Source: Candidatus Zambryskiibacteriota bacterium
GTDB taxonomy: Bacteria; Patescibacteriota; Minisyncoccia; Phycocordibacterales; Zambryskibacteraceae
Direction: 5' to 3'
Length of the DNA stretch: 64,000 bases
Assembly: GCA_016180955.1 (NCBI GenBank)
Contig: JACPAD010000001.1
Span: 75,516-139,515 of the forward strand
A program made the position numbers and the translations under genes. How positions within the stretch are numbered: position 1 is the stretch's first letter; the number at the start of each line of letters is the position of its first letter. The notes beneath the pieces were generated by a model, which saw only the letters and a list, made by a program, of their open reading frames with translations, made no database searches and was not told the origin of the DNA. Positions 38,739-48,520 of the stretch are shown here, one piece after another.

Positions 38739-41198
38739 TTATAACTTACTTTTAACCCACAACCACAACCCTAAGAACACAGACTTAAATTTCTGTCCGA
38801 AAGATTTGTAGACGATAGCAGTATTTTCGAATTGAACAGGTTCTAGGGACTTGGTGCCAGGTTCTAGCTTTTTTGATATAGAGGAGGCAGAGGTATTAAC
38901 GGGGTTAAGTGGGATAAGAGTAAGAGAGGAAGTTGTCTCGATAACATCCGGAGTGCTTGTGGCAGTCTCGATAATCGGCTCGGAAGAAGTTGCGGAAGAT
39001 TTAGAACTTCCGAAGTCAGTTGCACTAGCTGCAACTGTTGCAACTGCTGCGACCTTGCCTGTGGACTCTAGAAGACCTGTGGTTGTGGTGGAGACATTTA
39101 GAACAGATTCATACACTCCGTCGTTTTCATGGTCTAAGATGATTTGGGTAGGTGTATTGGAATTTACAGTAAACTGAGTTTGTGTTGTAGCGGTCAAAGT
39201 AATGCCAGTAAAGAGAGTGGTAGTGGCTACTTCTCCGCTGACGAGTTCCTGGATGCGGACATCAAATGTTCCTTCTGCTGTGGCATTACCTTTGATTATG
39301 TATTCAACACCGTTCGGCAGGAAGGCAAACTTATTGTCATCTATCACCTCAAAAGTCACTCCGGTAATTTCATTCTCAATATCACCATTAGAGTCTGGTC
39401 CGGTATGGTTGTCGGAGCTATCGTAAATATGAAGTTCAATCGGGCTATGAAAGCTCACTATCCTGCCGTCTGGGATATTGCAGCCGCTAGATGTGGTGGA
39501 GAGGTTGGAGTAAAGCGAGATATCGGGGGTAGTAGTAGATAGTAAGCTGGTAATTAATTCTTTGACGCCGGAGGTACTCGGCATGAGGGCGTGTTTGGCA
39601 GACTTTACATAATAAGTACCGGTGGCGGGCATAGCTTCAGCACTCTTGAGAGGTACGGTGCCATCGCCGTTAATCATCTTGATGTTGTAGATATAGTGGT
39701 CATCGGTGTTGTCGAGAATATAGAATTGTCCAATAGTCGGCGTACCACAGCCGACGATATTGTAAGTTTCCACTCCGTAAGTGGCTGGGTCTAGATTATC
39801 TATCTCTTGGTGGAACTCATTGGCTCTGTCTACTAAAGCGCTGTTTCTGCCCGCGCTTTTCATGTAAGTACTGGTCTGATCGAAAGTAAGGCGATCACTG
39901 CCGCTTACAGCGTCAAAGACATAATATTTATAATCATTATCTGAATCATTAAAATATTCTCGGCTCGGTAACAATTGATAAACAGCCGGCATATTTTGTG
40001 AAATTATTTTGACTCTCTCACTATTTAAACCTAATAGACTGAAGAAGAAAGTTGCATCCAAACTATCTCCATAATTTAAAATTTTGAATGCTTTTGGAGC
40101 CCCAGTATGTGGGGTTCCAATATCAATAAATTTATCTACGGAATCACCGCCATTATCATGCAAATACTTTTTAACCACTAAACCACCCATACTATGAGCT
40201 ACTAAATCGACTTTTGTTACTCCTCTTTCAGCTTTTATTCCGTCTATTTTTTCTTTCAATTTTTCTGCCGTGATGTCTATATCAAGACGCCAATCATAAG
40301 GAAAGGTAAAAAGATCCTTTCCTTTTTGATAATTCTCGAGTTTAATCAACTCAATCAGTCCTGAGAAAAAATCTGAGTCACCTATCACATCTATTAAATC
40401 TCCAACTTGTATATCAGATGTAGAAGTAACACCATTATCTCCAAGAATAAGGTCATTCAAGTGCAAATCAAATGGAAATAAAAGAAGAGGACCAGCTGGC
40501 CATATCTCACTACTTATTGAATCAACCAACTTAATTAATTTACTCCCTATTATCCCCGGCACGATGATAACAGGAGTGGTAGTTGCTGGAGATGAGAGTG
40601 CGGGAGCGGAGTAAATATTGAGCGGCGTAAAGGCCATGGAAGAGCTATTGACAGAATCTTGTATAGGGTTGAGATTGGCCAAAGCTGCCCAGTCAGTGTT
40701 GCTTAAATTATGTCCAGTGAAGTTGTAAGGGTTTACATGCTCGTTATATATTTCTGTCTCTCCGTCTCGTTTGACCACAACAGTGTAACCGGTAGCATCG
40801 AATTGAATGTCGTATAAATACCAGCCGGTTATATGGTCCGGGTTGTGGCTAGCTTGCGCTAATAAGTACACGTCTTTACTTAATTTTATCTCCGGTGTTG
40901 TGGTTGCTGTCGGGTCGGTGCCAGTGATATATAGACGCGGCGGATAGGAAGCGAAGCAGCAGAAAGCTCCATGAGCAAGATGCGTATATGTAAAGGTTAT
41001 GTGCAGATAATTATTGACGTAATTTGTCGTATAACTCTCTAGGCCGTTGTAGGTAGAAGTAGCCGTAATAGTGATACTGTCTCCGAAAAGCACTTGGGAT
41101 TTTTCATCAACTGTGTATGGATTGGTTATGGTGGCTGAAGCTGTAGTAAATAGTAAAAAGTAGAAAGCAAGTAGGAAGATGGAAAAGAACTTTTTCAT
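38739..41198 (-). CDS. Secreted LCAT/PGAP1-like lipase-acyltransferase
   Basis: Signal peptide; IIVPGIIGS, FPYDWR, AHSMGG, IGTPHTGA, GDGTVP, H. Confidence 0.88.
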   Translation of the reverse strand: MKKFFSIFLLAFYFLLFTTASATITNPYTVDEKSQVLFGDSITITATSTYNGLESYTTNYVNNYLHITFTYTHLAHGAFCCFASYPPRLYITGTDPTATTTPEIKLSKDVYLLAQASHNPDHITGWYLYDIQFDATGYTVVVKRDGETEIYNEHVNPYNFTGHNLSNTDWAALANLNPIQDSVNSSSMAFTPLNIYSAPALSSPATTTPVIIVPGIIGSKLIKLVDSISSEIWPAGPLLLFPFDLHLNDLILGDNGVTSTSDIQVGDLIDVIGDSDFFSGLIELIKLENYQKGKDLFTFPYDWRLDIDITAEKLKEKIDGIKAERGVTKVDLVAHSMGGLVVKKYLHDNGGDSVDKFIDIGTPHTGAPKAFKILNYGDSLDATFFFSLLGLNSERVKIISQNMPAVYQLLPSREYFNDSDNDYKYYVFDAVSGSDRLTFDQTSTYMKSAGRNSALVDRANEFHQEIDNLDPATYGVETYNIVGCGTPTIGQFYILDNTDDHYIYNIKMINGDGTVPLKSAEAMPATGTYYVKSAKHALMPSTSGVKELITSLLSTTTPDISLYSNLSTTSSGCNIPDGRIVSFHSPIELHIYDSSDNHTGPDSNGDIENEITGVTFEVIDDNKFAFLPNGVEYIIKGNATAEGTFDVRIQELVSGEVATTTLFTGITLTATTQTQFTVNSNTPTQIILDHENDGVYESVLNVSTTTTGLLESTGKVAAVATVAASATDFGSSKSSATSSEPIIETATSTPDVIETTSSLTLIPLNPVNTSASSISKKLEPGTKSLEPVQFENTAIVYKSFGQKFKSVFLGLWLWVKSKL

Positions 41199-42244
41199 TT
41201 TCCGGTACTGAGGGGGTCTGCCAGGGCGAGTTCGAGAGCGAGTTCGGGAATGCTGGTGCGGCCGGATGATTCATAAGCTTCGATGAAGCGTAAGAGTGTT
41301 TCGGCGGTGAGGTCCGGACCGGCTTTGCCGGCAAGATTTTTGAGAAATTGAAAATCGTCTTCGGAGACTTGTTTGGCAATATAATCATCCATTCCTGCTT
41401 TGAGACGCAGGAGGAAAAGGAAGCGCAAGCGCTCAAGTATCAGCTTGGCAAAGAGCTTCATGTCGGCATTGGCCTTCCCCGCTCTTTGAATAGCTTTCAT
41501 CCCTTTCTCCAAATCTTTCTCTACAATTGATTCCAGAATATTTTTGACCAATTCCGATTTCGGTGCGCCTGTTACCACTTCGACTTCCTCCCTAGTGACG
41601 GTCTTGTCTTTCGTCGAACTCAACACCTTCTCCAAAACACCATGCACGTCGCGGAAGGAACCGTCGCCGAGGAGAGCCACGAGTTCGGCGGCGGCTGGCT
41701 CAAGCTTGGCATCTTCTTGCTTGGCTATCGAGAGCGCAAACTCCTTGAGAAGCACTAAATTAGGCTGTTTAAAAGTAAAAGTCTGACAGCGGGAGATGAC
41801 TGTTTCCGGGACTTTCTCTATCTCGGTTGTGGCTAATATAAAGACGACATAAGAAGGCGGTTCTTCAAGAGTTTTGAGAAAAGCATTCCAAGCTTGTTTA
41901 GAGAGCATGTGGGCCTCATCAATGATATACACCTTGAAGCGCGATTCGTAAGGCAGAGTGTAGACGCTCTCGTTTAAGTTACGGATGTCATCTACGCCGG
42001 TCTGCGAGGCGGCATCCATTTCGACGAGGTCGTTGGGCGAGGTGCCGATGGCTCTGGCAAGAATTCTAGCCAGAGAGGTCTTGCCCGTGCCGCGCGAGCC
42101 GGAGAAAAGATAGGCGTGGGAGACATTGCCGAACGAGACCGCGCCCTCAAGCACTTTGACAATATGCTCCTGACCAATGACATCCTTAAATTCCTGCGGA
42201 CGATATTTTCTGTAGAGCACGCCGGCACTTTTTTCTTTCTTCAT
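41195..42244 (-). CDS. dnaX: DNA polymerase III subunit gamma/tau
   Basis: LYRKYRP, GSRGTGKTS, IIDEAHML, LKTLEEPP, SRC; ATG 42244. Confidence 0.97.
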   Translation of the reverse strand: MKKEKSAGVLYRKYRPQEFKDVIGQEHIVKVLEGAVSFGNVSHAYLFSGSRGTGKTSLARILARAIGTSPNDLVEMDAASQTGVDDIRNLNESVYTLPYESRFKVYIIDEAHMLSKQAWNAFLKTLEEPPSYVVFILATTEIEKVPETVISRCQTFTFKQPNLVLLKEFALSIAKQEDAKLEPAAAELVALLGDGSFRDVHGVLEKVLSSTKDKTVTREEVEVVTGAPKSELVKNILESIVEKDLEKGMKAIQRAGKANADMKLFAKLILERLRFLFLLRLKAGMDDYIAKQVSEDDFQFLKNLAGKAGPDLTAETLLRFIEAYESSGRTSIPELALELALADPLSTGK

Positions 42245-42336
42245 GATGTAAAGTATATCTTGCCTACTTGAATTTGTCTGATTACAGCAAGTTCGGCGTT
42301 CGGAGAGAGAAAGGGAGCAAGCTCCTTTTCTCCTCC

Positions 42337-43191
42337 TCACTTGAACTTGTAGAATATTTTGTTTTCCGTTCTCAAATCCAGTTCGGAAATTTTCTTAAGA
42401 AAATCAGGCTGACTCCTTATCTCTTCCGCATTGAGAAACACTTCGAGATTGGAGCGGATGAGGTCGAAGTTGCTGTCACGCCGCCACAAGAGCCGTGCTC
42501 CGCTAGAGTCGGTGAGAATAAGGTCTCTCTCCCCCACCTTAAGAGAAATTGGCTCAAATCCCAAAGCATGCAGAGTCGTTAGAAACCCGTGGAGCTCCCA
42601 GAACTCGTCACGCTCCACAAACTCACGTCCTAAAGGAGACTCGAACGGCACTTCGCTGTAATAGATGAAATAAACTCCTTCGGAAAAAGTGGGCGCGGAG
42701 TCGAAGATAAATCCAGTCTCGTCCAGAAAATAACAATTGCTCCGACGTGAGTCGGAGTCCTCGATTTGATAAATCAAATCGGGACAATAAAGCGCCAAGG
42801 GCTCCCGCTCGGCAACAACCGCTTCAAGCGTACGCAAACCCTCGAGAGAAATTTCCGCCAGATTGAAGCGCGGGAATCTGCGAAGAAGCTCCCGCTCTAT
42901 CTCCCGGCTTGAATAAAAGAGAGTGCTATCCTTCGGAATAAGCCCGAAATAGTAGCCGGAAAGAGACTCTTTGACAACCGCCGTCACATTTGAAGAAGTC
43001 ACTACTTCGTTGCCGACAACCTTTACTTCGGCAATGCGAAGCGCATCCCGGCGCAAGAGAAGGACAGCCGTGGCAAGAACAATTATAAGAGCTGTTCCCC
43101 ACAAGAAGAGCCGTTTGCGCCGAGCCCGAAGTTTTTTCCGATGAAATTCCGGCGACGACAAAGTCGAACCAGTAGAAACTATCTTGACCAT
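42337..43191 (-). CDS. FtsQ/DivIB-like cell division protein
   Basis: Basic N-terminus, single TM, POTRA-like (V.GN), C-terminal LDLR. Confidence 0.75.
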   Translation of the reverse strand: MVKIVSTGSTLSSPEFHRKKLRARRKRLFLWGTALIIVLATAVLLLRRDALRIAEVKVVGNEVVTSSNVTAVVKESLSGYYFGLIPKDSTLFYSSREIERELLRRFPRFNLAEISLEGLRTLEAVVAEREPLALYCPDLIYQIEDSDSRRSNCYFLDETGFIFDSAPTFSEGVYFIYYSEVPFESPLGREFVERDEFWELHGFLTTLHALGFEPISLKVGERDLILTDSSGARLLWRRDSNFDLIRSNLEVFLNAEEIRSQPDFLKKISELDLRTENKIFYKFK

Positions 43192-43192
43192 G

Positions 43193-44461
43193 TTACTTAG
43201 CTTTGATCTCGGAGAGACCATTCATATAGGGGATGAGCGCCTCAGGAATTTTGACGGAGCCGTCCGCTTGCTGGAAATTTTCCATAAGAGAAACGAGAAT
43301 GCGCGGCGTAGCTATGGCTGTAGCATTTAGAGAATGTGCATATTGAGTCTTGCCTAGAGCATCTTTATAGCGGATATTCAGGCGGCGAGTCTGGAAGTCG
43401 TGGAAATAAGAAGTAGAACCAATCTCGCGGTAAGTGTTCTCGAGCGGCACCCAGAGTTCGATGTCGTATTTCTTGACCTGACCGAGCCCAAGATCAGAAC
43501 CGCAGTTGATAACGGTATGATACGGAATATTTAACGACTCTACAAACTCTTCCGTATTGCGGTGAAGCCACTCATGCCATTTAACCGATTCTTCGTGGCT
43601 TGCCTCGCAAAGCACCACTTGTTCGACCTTGAAAAATTCATGCACTCGTATCAAACCTTTTACATCTTTAGAGTAGCTGCCGATTTCTCTGCGGAAACAC
43701 GGGGAGAAAGCGACATACTTTTTCGGCAACTTTTCTTTAGCAATAACTTCGTTCATGTGATACCCCATCATTGCCACCTCCGCCGTGCCTGCCAAGTACT
43801 TATCATCCTGGACTTTATATAAATCGTCTTCGCTTTGCGGCAAAAATCCGGTACCTAAAAGAGACTCTCGCTTGACCATCGATGGAGCAATAAAGGGCTC
43901 TAGACCCTTTTCCATAAAAAATTTTTGGGCATATTGCCAAATTGCCATTTCAAGCATCGCTCCTTGATTCTTGAGAAAGTACCCTCGAAATCCAGCGACT
44001 TTTACCCCGCGCTCGAAATCAGCTATGTCGAGCAGAGTCATGATTTCTATATGAGACTTAGGTTGGAAACTGAACTCAGGCAAGGTTCCCCACTTTTTGA
44101 CTTCTTTGTTATCTGCGTCACTTTCTCCTTCGGGAACAGAGATATCGGGAATATTGGGTACAGCAAGCATTAGAATCTGCCATTCAACCATAACTTTCTT
44201 ATGCTCGTCTTCGAGCGTCACGAGCTCCTGTTTGAGAAATTTCATTCTCTCGAGAATATTTGACCTCTCCGGACCTACGGCTTTAATAATTTCTTTATTG
44301 GCTCCATTCTGCTCCGCGCGTTTTTCCTCGATTTTGGAGAGTAGCTCTCGGCGCTTGTCATCTGCCTTGAGAAGTTTTTCGACATCGAACTCTACACGCT
44401 TTTTGCGCGCCGCTTCTTTTACCAGCTCCTTGTTCTCTCTGATAAATTTTATGTCGAGCAT
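43193..44461 (-). CDS. serS: Serine--tRNA ligase
   Basis: MLDIKFIREN, GTAEV, CFRRE, RVHEF.KVEQ; ATG 44461. Confidence 0.98.
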   Translation of the reverse strand: MLDIKFIRENKELVKEAARKKRVEFDVEKLLKADDKRRELLSKIEEKRAEQNGANKEIIKAVGPERSNILERMKFLKQELVTLEDEHKKVMVEWQILMLAVPNIPDISVPEGESDADNKEVKKWGTLPEFSFQPKSHIEIMTLLDIADFERGVKVAGFRGYFLKNQGAMLEMAIWQYAQKFFMEKGLEPFIAPSMVKRESLLGTGFLPQSEDDLYKVQDDKYLAGTAEVAMMGYHMNEVIAKEKLPKKYVAFSPCFRREIGSYSKDVKGLIRVHEFFKVEQVVLCEASHEESVKWHEWLHRNTEEFVESLNIPYHTVINCGSDLGLGQVKKYDIELWVPLENTYREIGSTSYFHDFQTRRLNIRYKDALGKTQYAHSLNATAIATPRILVSLMENFQQADGSVKIPEALIPYMNGLSEIKAK

Positions 44462-44480
44462 GATGTTACAATAATATACA

Positions 44481-45338
44481 ATGATTCGCGCCCTCTCGCC
44501 AGATGAGTATCCCGAGCTTCTCAAGGAAATTCCGGAGCCACCCAAGCAGCTTCGTTATGAAGGCAGTTTGCCACGCGAGGGCAATAAGCTCTTAGCCGTA
44601 GTCGGATCAAGAAAGTATTCTGCGTATGCCAGAGAAGCTTGCGAGGCACTTATTGGCGGTTTAGCCGGCGAGCCGGTCACTATCGTATCTGGGTTGGCTC
44701 TCGGTATAGATTCGATAGCGCACAGAGCAGCCATGCGCGTAGGGCTTCAGACTATCGCTCTGCCTGGCTCTGGTCTGGACAGGAAAGTGATTCATCCCCG
44801 TTCTCACGCGGGACTGGCAGATGAAATAGTAGAGAACGGCGGCGGACTAATGTCTGAATATGATGACACCATGCCGGCCGGCGTCTGGGCCTTCCCCCGC
44901 CGGAATCGCATCATGGCCGGGATGTGCCACGCCACGCTTGTGATAGAAGCGGAGAAGAGATCGGGAACTCTCATTACTTCGCGACTTGCTACGGAGTATA
45001 ATCGCGAGGTCGGAGCTGTTCCCGGCCCGCTTCACTCCTCTACTTCTGAAGGGCCGCATATGCTGATACGGCTCGGAGCAGCACTCATCCGCGACCATAA
45101 CGATCTTTTAGAACTTCTAGGACTGAAAAGAAGAGATGAAACACCAACACTTATGGATATCGAGGATCTGACAAACGAAGAGAAAATTTTTATAAAAATT
45201 CTTGATAATCCGTGCTCCCGCGACAAATTGATCAGAAAAAGTAAATTGGACACAGGTACGGCCTCTGCGATATTATCACTTCTCGAAATCAAGGGATTGA
45301 TAACGGAAAATATGGGGGAGGTGCGAAAAACATTTTGA
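44481..45338 (+). CDS. dprA: DNA-protecting protein DprA
   Basis: AVVGSR, VSGLALGID..AH, FPRRNRI, SGTLIT. Confidence 0.96.
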   Translation: MIRALSPDEYPELLKEIPEPPKQLRYEGSLPREGNKLLAVVGSRKYSAYAREACEALIGGLAGEPVTIVSGLALGIDSIAHRAAMRVGLQTIALPGSGLDRKVIHPRSHAGLADEIVENGGGLMSEYDDTMPAGVWAFPRRNRIMAGMCHATLVIEAEKRSGTLITSRLATEYNREVGAVPGPLHSSTSEGPHMLIRLGAALIRDHNDLLELLGLKRRDETPTLMDIEDLTNEEKIFIKILDNPCSRDKLIRKSKLDTGTASAILSLLEIKGLITENMGEVRKTF

Positions 45339-45339
45339 A

Positions 45340-47496
45340 ATGAAGCTATTAATTGTAGAGAGTCCATCGAAGGCAAAGACGATTGAGAAATATCTCGGAG
45401 AGGATTTCCGCGTGGTTGCTTCTGTCGGCCATGTGCGTGATCTGCCTAAATCCAACAAAGCGGCAATTGACGTGGAAGGCGGCTTCATCCCTCACTACGA
45501 AGTGGTTAAGGGTAAAGAGAGGGTGATTTCTCAAATCAAATCTCTGGCTAAGAAAGCCGAGGAAGTACTCCTTGCCACCGACCCAGACCGCGAAGGAGAG
45601 GCAATTGCTTGGCACGTAGAACAAGCTGTCGGCTTAAAAGACCCGAAGCGCATAGTTTTCCACGAGATTACAAAAGAAGCGGTTGAGGAAGCGTTGGAAA
45701 GCCCGCGTAAGATTGACCAAAGTTTGCGCGAGGCGCAGGAGGCTAGACGAGTCTTAGACAGACTCGTCGGCTACGATCTCTCGGGACTCATCTGGAAAAA
45801 GGTCCGCTACGGACTCTCGGCCGGCCGAGTCCAATCTCCAGCGCTCCGTATCATCATGGAGCGCGAGCGTGAGATCCGCGCTTTCAAACCAGAAACTTTC
45901 TGGCAAATTGTTGCAGTTTTAAACGATCTTAATTTTGAATGTTCTGTCGAACCTAGAGACAAAAAGCAGGTTGATCAAATAATAGAAGAGGGTAAGAAAG
46001 ATAAATGGAAAGTCATAGATATAAAAGAGGCTAAGGTTGGCCGAGCTCCCCGGCCTCCGTTTATAACCTCAACTCTCCAGCAAAGAGCAAGCTCGAGACT
46101 CGGCTGGTCGCCTTCCCGCACTATGTCTGTTGCCCAAAGGCTTTATGAAGCGGGGCATATTACCTATATGCGCACCGATTCGACCAATCTCGGAGTTCAA
46201 GCGACGAGACAAATCGAAGCCGTAGTGAAAGAGAAATTCGGCCCTGACTATTTTGAATCCCATGTGTTTGCCAAAAAGTCTAAGAATGCGCAGGAAGCGC
46301 ATGAGGCTATTCGCCCAACGCATTTAAATATCGAGAGTGCTGGCGCAATGGACGAGCAAAAAAAACTCTATCAGCTCATCTGGCAACGCACGGTCGCAAG
46401 CCAGATGAAATCGGCAGAAATAATGCGTACCAAAGTGATAGCCAACATTGTTCAAAGCTCGGCTTTGAACATGCCTGACTTTTGGTTGAATGGGTCAAGA
46501 ATCATCTTTGACGGCTGGCTCAAAGCCGATCCGGCTTCTGCGAGCGAAGATGTCATCTTGCCGAAGTTTAATATTGACGATCCGCTGAAATTAATCAAAA
46601 TTGATTCGACTGAAAAACAAACCGAACCGCCTCTACGGTATTCTGAAGCCGGTCTCGTCAAAGAGCTCGAGAAACGCGGCATTGGCAGACCTTCCACTTA
46701 CGCTTCCATTATCAAAACGCTGGAAGACCGCGGTTATGTGGAGAAAATTTCTAAGGCCCTCCATCCTACCGACACCGGCGAAGTGGTCTCGACTTTTCTT
46801 GAAGAAAATTTCTCCACTTACATCAGCGACTCGTTTACCGCGGAGATGGAAGATGAGCTGGACGAAATTGCCAACGGAGAGCGCACTTATCTCAAAACTC
46901 TTTCTGACTTCTACACTCCATTCCAAAAAGAAGTAGAGAGTAAAGAAAATATCGAGAAGATTACAAATTTAGGTTCTGCTCCAGTCGATATCAAATGCCC
47001 TATTTGCGGATCAGGAATGATTATCAAATTGGGCCGTGGCGGCAAATTCTACTCTTGCGAAAAATTTCCGGAGTGCACAGGTGCACGAACACTTGAAGGC
47101 AAGGAACTGGCCGGGCCGAAAGATACGGGCGAGCTCTGCCCGCGCTGCGGCAAAGGTAATCTAGTGACGCGTGAAGGTAAGTTTGGCATGTTTACCGCCT
47201 GCTCGCGTTTCCCGAAATGCAAATTTGTAAAAAAAGACCCCGAAGGACAAGCCAACGGGGCAGGTTCGACTGGTATACAGTGTCCAGTTTGCAAATCTGG
47301 ATATATGTCCGAGCGTCGTGGCCGCTTCGGAGTATTTTATAGTTGTTCTAATTATCCTGATTGTAAATACGCGATCAAAGCCAAACCAACTGGTGAGATT
47401 TGCAAAATCTGCGGCTCACTTATGATGGAAGGTACTAAAACAATACCAGAACGTTGCAGTGACAAATCGTGTCCTAACCACAACCCACCCAGCTAA
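45340..47496 (+). CDS. topA: DNA topoisomerase I
   Basis: IVESPSKA, ATDPDREGE, SAGRVQ, ITYMRTDS; C-terminal Zn ribbons. Confidence 0.99.
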   Translation: MKLLIVESPSKAKTIEKYLGEDFRVVASVGHVRDLPKSNKAAIDVEGGFIPHYEVVKGKERVISQIKSLAKKAEEVLLATDPDREGEAIAWHVEQAVGLKDPKRIVFHEITKEAVEEALESPRKIDQSLREAQEARRVLDRLVGYDLSGLIWKKVRYGLSAGRVQSPALRIIMEREREIRAFKPETFWQIVAVLNDLNFECSVEPRDKKQVDQIIEEGKKDKWKVIDIKEAKVGRAPRPPFITSTLQQRASSRLGWSPSRTMSVAQRLYEAGHITYMRTDSTNLGVQATRQIEAVVKEKFGPDYFESHVFAKKSKNAQEAHEAIRPTHLNIESAGAMDEQKKLYQLIWQRTVASQMKSAEIMRTKVIANIVQSSALNMPDFWLNGSRIIFDGWLKADPASASEDVILPKFNIDDPLKLIKIDSTEKQTEPPLRYSEAGLVKELEKRGIGRPSTYASIIKTLEDRGYVEKISKALHPTDTGEVVSTFLEENFSTYISDSFTAEMEDELDEIANGERTYLKTLSDFYTPFQKEVESKENIEKITNLGSAPVDIKCPICGSGMIIKLGRGGKFYSCEKFPECTGARTLEGKELAGPKDTGELCPRCGKGNLVTREGKFGMFTACSRFPKCKFVKKDPEGQANGAGSTGIQCPVCKSGYMSERRGRFGVFYSCSNYPDCKYAIKAKPTGEICKICGSLMMEGTKTIPERCSDKSCPNHNPPS

Positions 47497-48387
47497 AATT
47501 TTCCCTGCCCCGTGGTCGCCTTGCGACTTTACGGGGTCTTCTTCTATTTGTGGAAGCCGAGCGTCCACGTTTTCAACATCAATTCTTTTTAAGAGAGCGC
47601 GCAAGTCATCTTTGTTAAAGAAATCAATTTTGACCGTACCGCCGTCTTCTTTTTTCTCAATACGCACCCTCGTTCCCAGCTTTTCTTTAAGTTGCCCCTC
47701 AAGTTCAATTAATTCCTGGTCGATCAGTTTACGCGCTCGTTCGACGGCAATGTTTCTGGCAATCCCTTCCGCTTCCCGGACATTGAGCTTTTTGAAAATT
47801 ATTTCTTTGAAAAGAGTTTCCTGTTCCTGCGGCCTGTCGATAAGCATCATTAAGGGGCGCGTGTGACCCTCACTAATTTTATTTTCCGAAAGAGCACTAA
47901 TGATATAATCGGGCAGAGTTAAGATGCGCAAAGAGTTGGAGACATACTCGCGACTCTTACCCACTTTCTTGCCTATCTCGTGGTGTTTGAAATTAAATTC
48001 TCTAACCAAGCGTTCAAAGGCGCGGGCGCGGTCGACAGGGCTTAAGTCCTCGCGCTGAATGTTCTCGATGATGGCGAGTTCGAGCTTCATCAGGTCGGTT
48101 TCCTCGCCGGTGCGAATGAGTGCTGGCACTTGGGCGAGGCCCGCTAGGCGAGCGGCGCGAAGGCGCCGCTCGCCAGCAACGAGCTCGTATTCTACCCCGA
48201 GTCCCCCGCCATCCTTCTCTACCTCTTTCCTCGTCACCACAAGCGCCTGAAGTACGCCGTACTGACGGATAGAATCCGCGAGACTTTTCAGCTGTGCTTC
48301 GTCGAAGTCGCGGCGCGGCTGGTAGGGATTGGGCTTGATTTTGTCAACCTCAATCCAGAAAATAGCGTCATTGTAGAACTGACTCAT
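47416..48387 (-). CDS. parB: ParB/Spo0J partitioning protein
   Basis: PNPYQPR, VAGERRLRA, IENIQREDL. Confidence 0.95.
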   Translation of the reverse strand: MSQFYNDAIFWIEVDKIKPNPYQPRRDFDEAQLKSLADSIRQYGVLQALVVTRKEVEKDGGGLGVEYELVAGERRLRAARLAGLAQVPALIRTGEETDLMKLELAIIENIQREDLSPVDRARAFERLVREFNFKHHEIGKKVGKSREYVSNSLRILTLPDYIISALSENKISEGHTRPLMMLIDRPQEQETLFKEIIFKKLNVREAEGIARNIAVERARKLIDQELIELEGQLKEKLGTRVRIEKKEDGGTVKIDFFNKDDLRALLKRIDVENVDARLPQIEEDPVKSQGDHGAGKILAGWVVVRTRFVTATFWYCFSTFHHK

Positions 48388-48433
48388 GAGAATATTATAT
48401 CGGATATTTTTGTGTTATTCTATCGCGTAAGAT

Positions 48434-48515
48434 GCCGGGATGGCGGAATTGGTAGACGCACACGACTCAAAATCGTGCGGAGTAATCCATGAGAGTTCGA
48501 TTCTCTCTCCCGGCA
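48434..48515 (+). tRNA. tRNA-Leu(CAA)
   Basis: gccggga..tcccggc; cacga-ctCAAaa-tcgtg; long variable arm. Confidence 0.97.
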
Positions 48516-48520
48516 CATAC

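Noticed and set aside
42245-42340. Extended N-terminus of dnaX (similarly serS 44462..44545)
   Set aside because: Family motifs begin at downstream ATGs; the extensions overlap neighbouring genes.
48440-48520. ORF-track N-terminal extension of miaA
   Set aside because: It is read-through of tRNA-Leu(CAA); the real start is ATG 48521.
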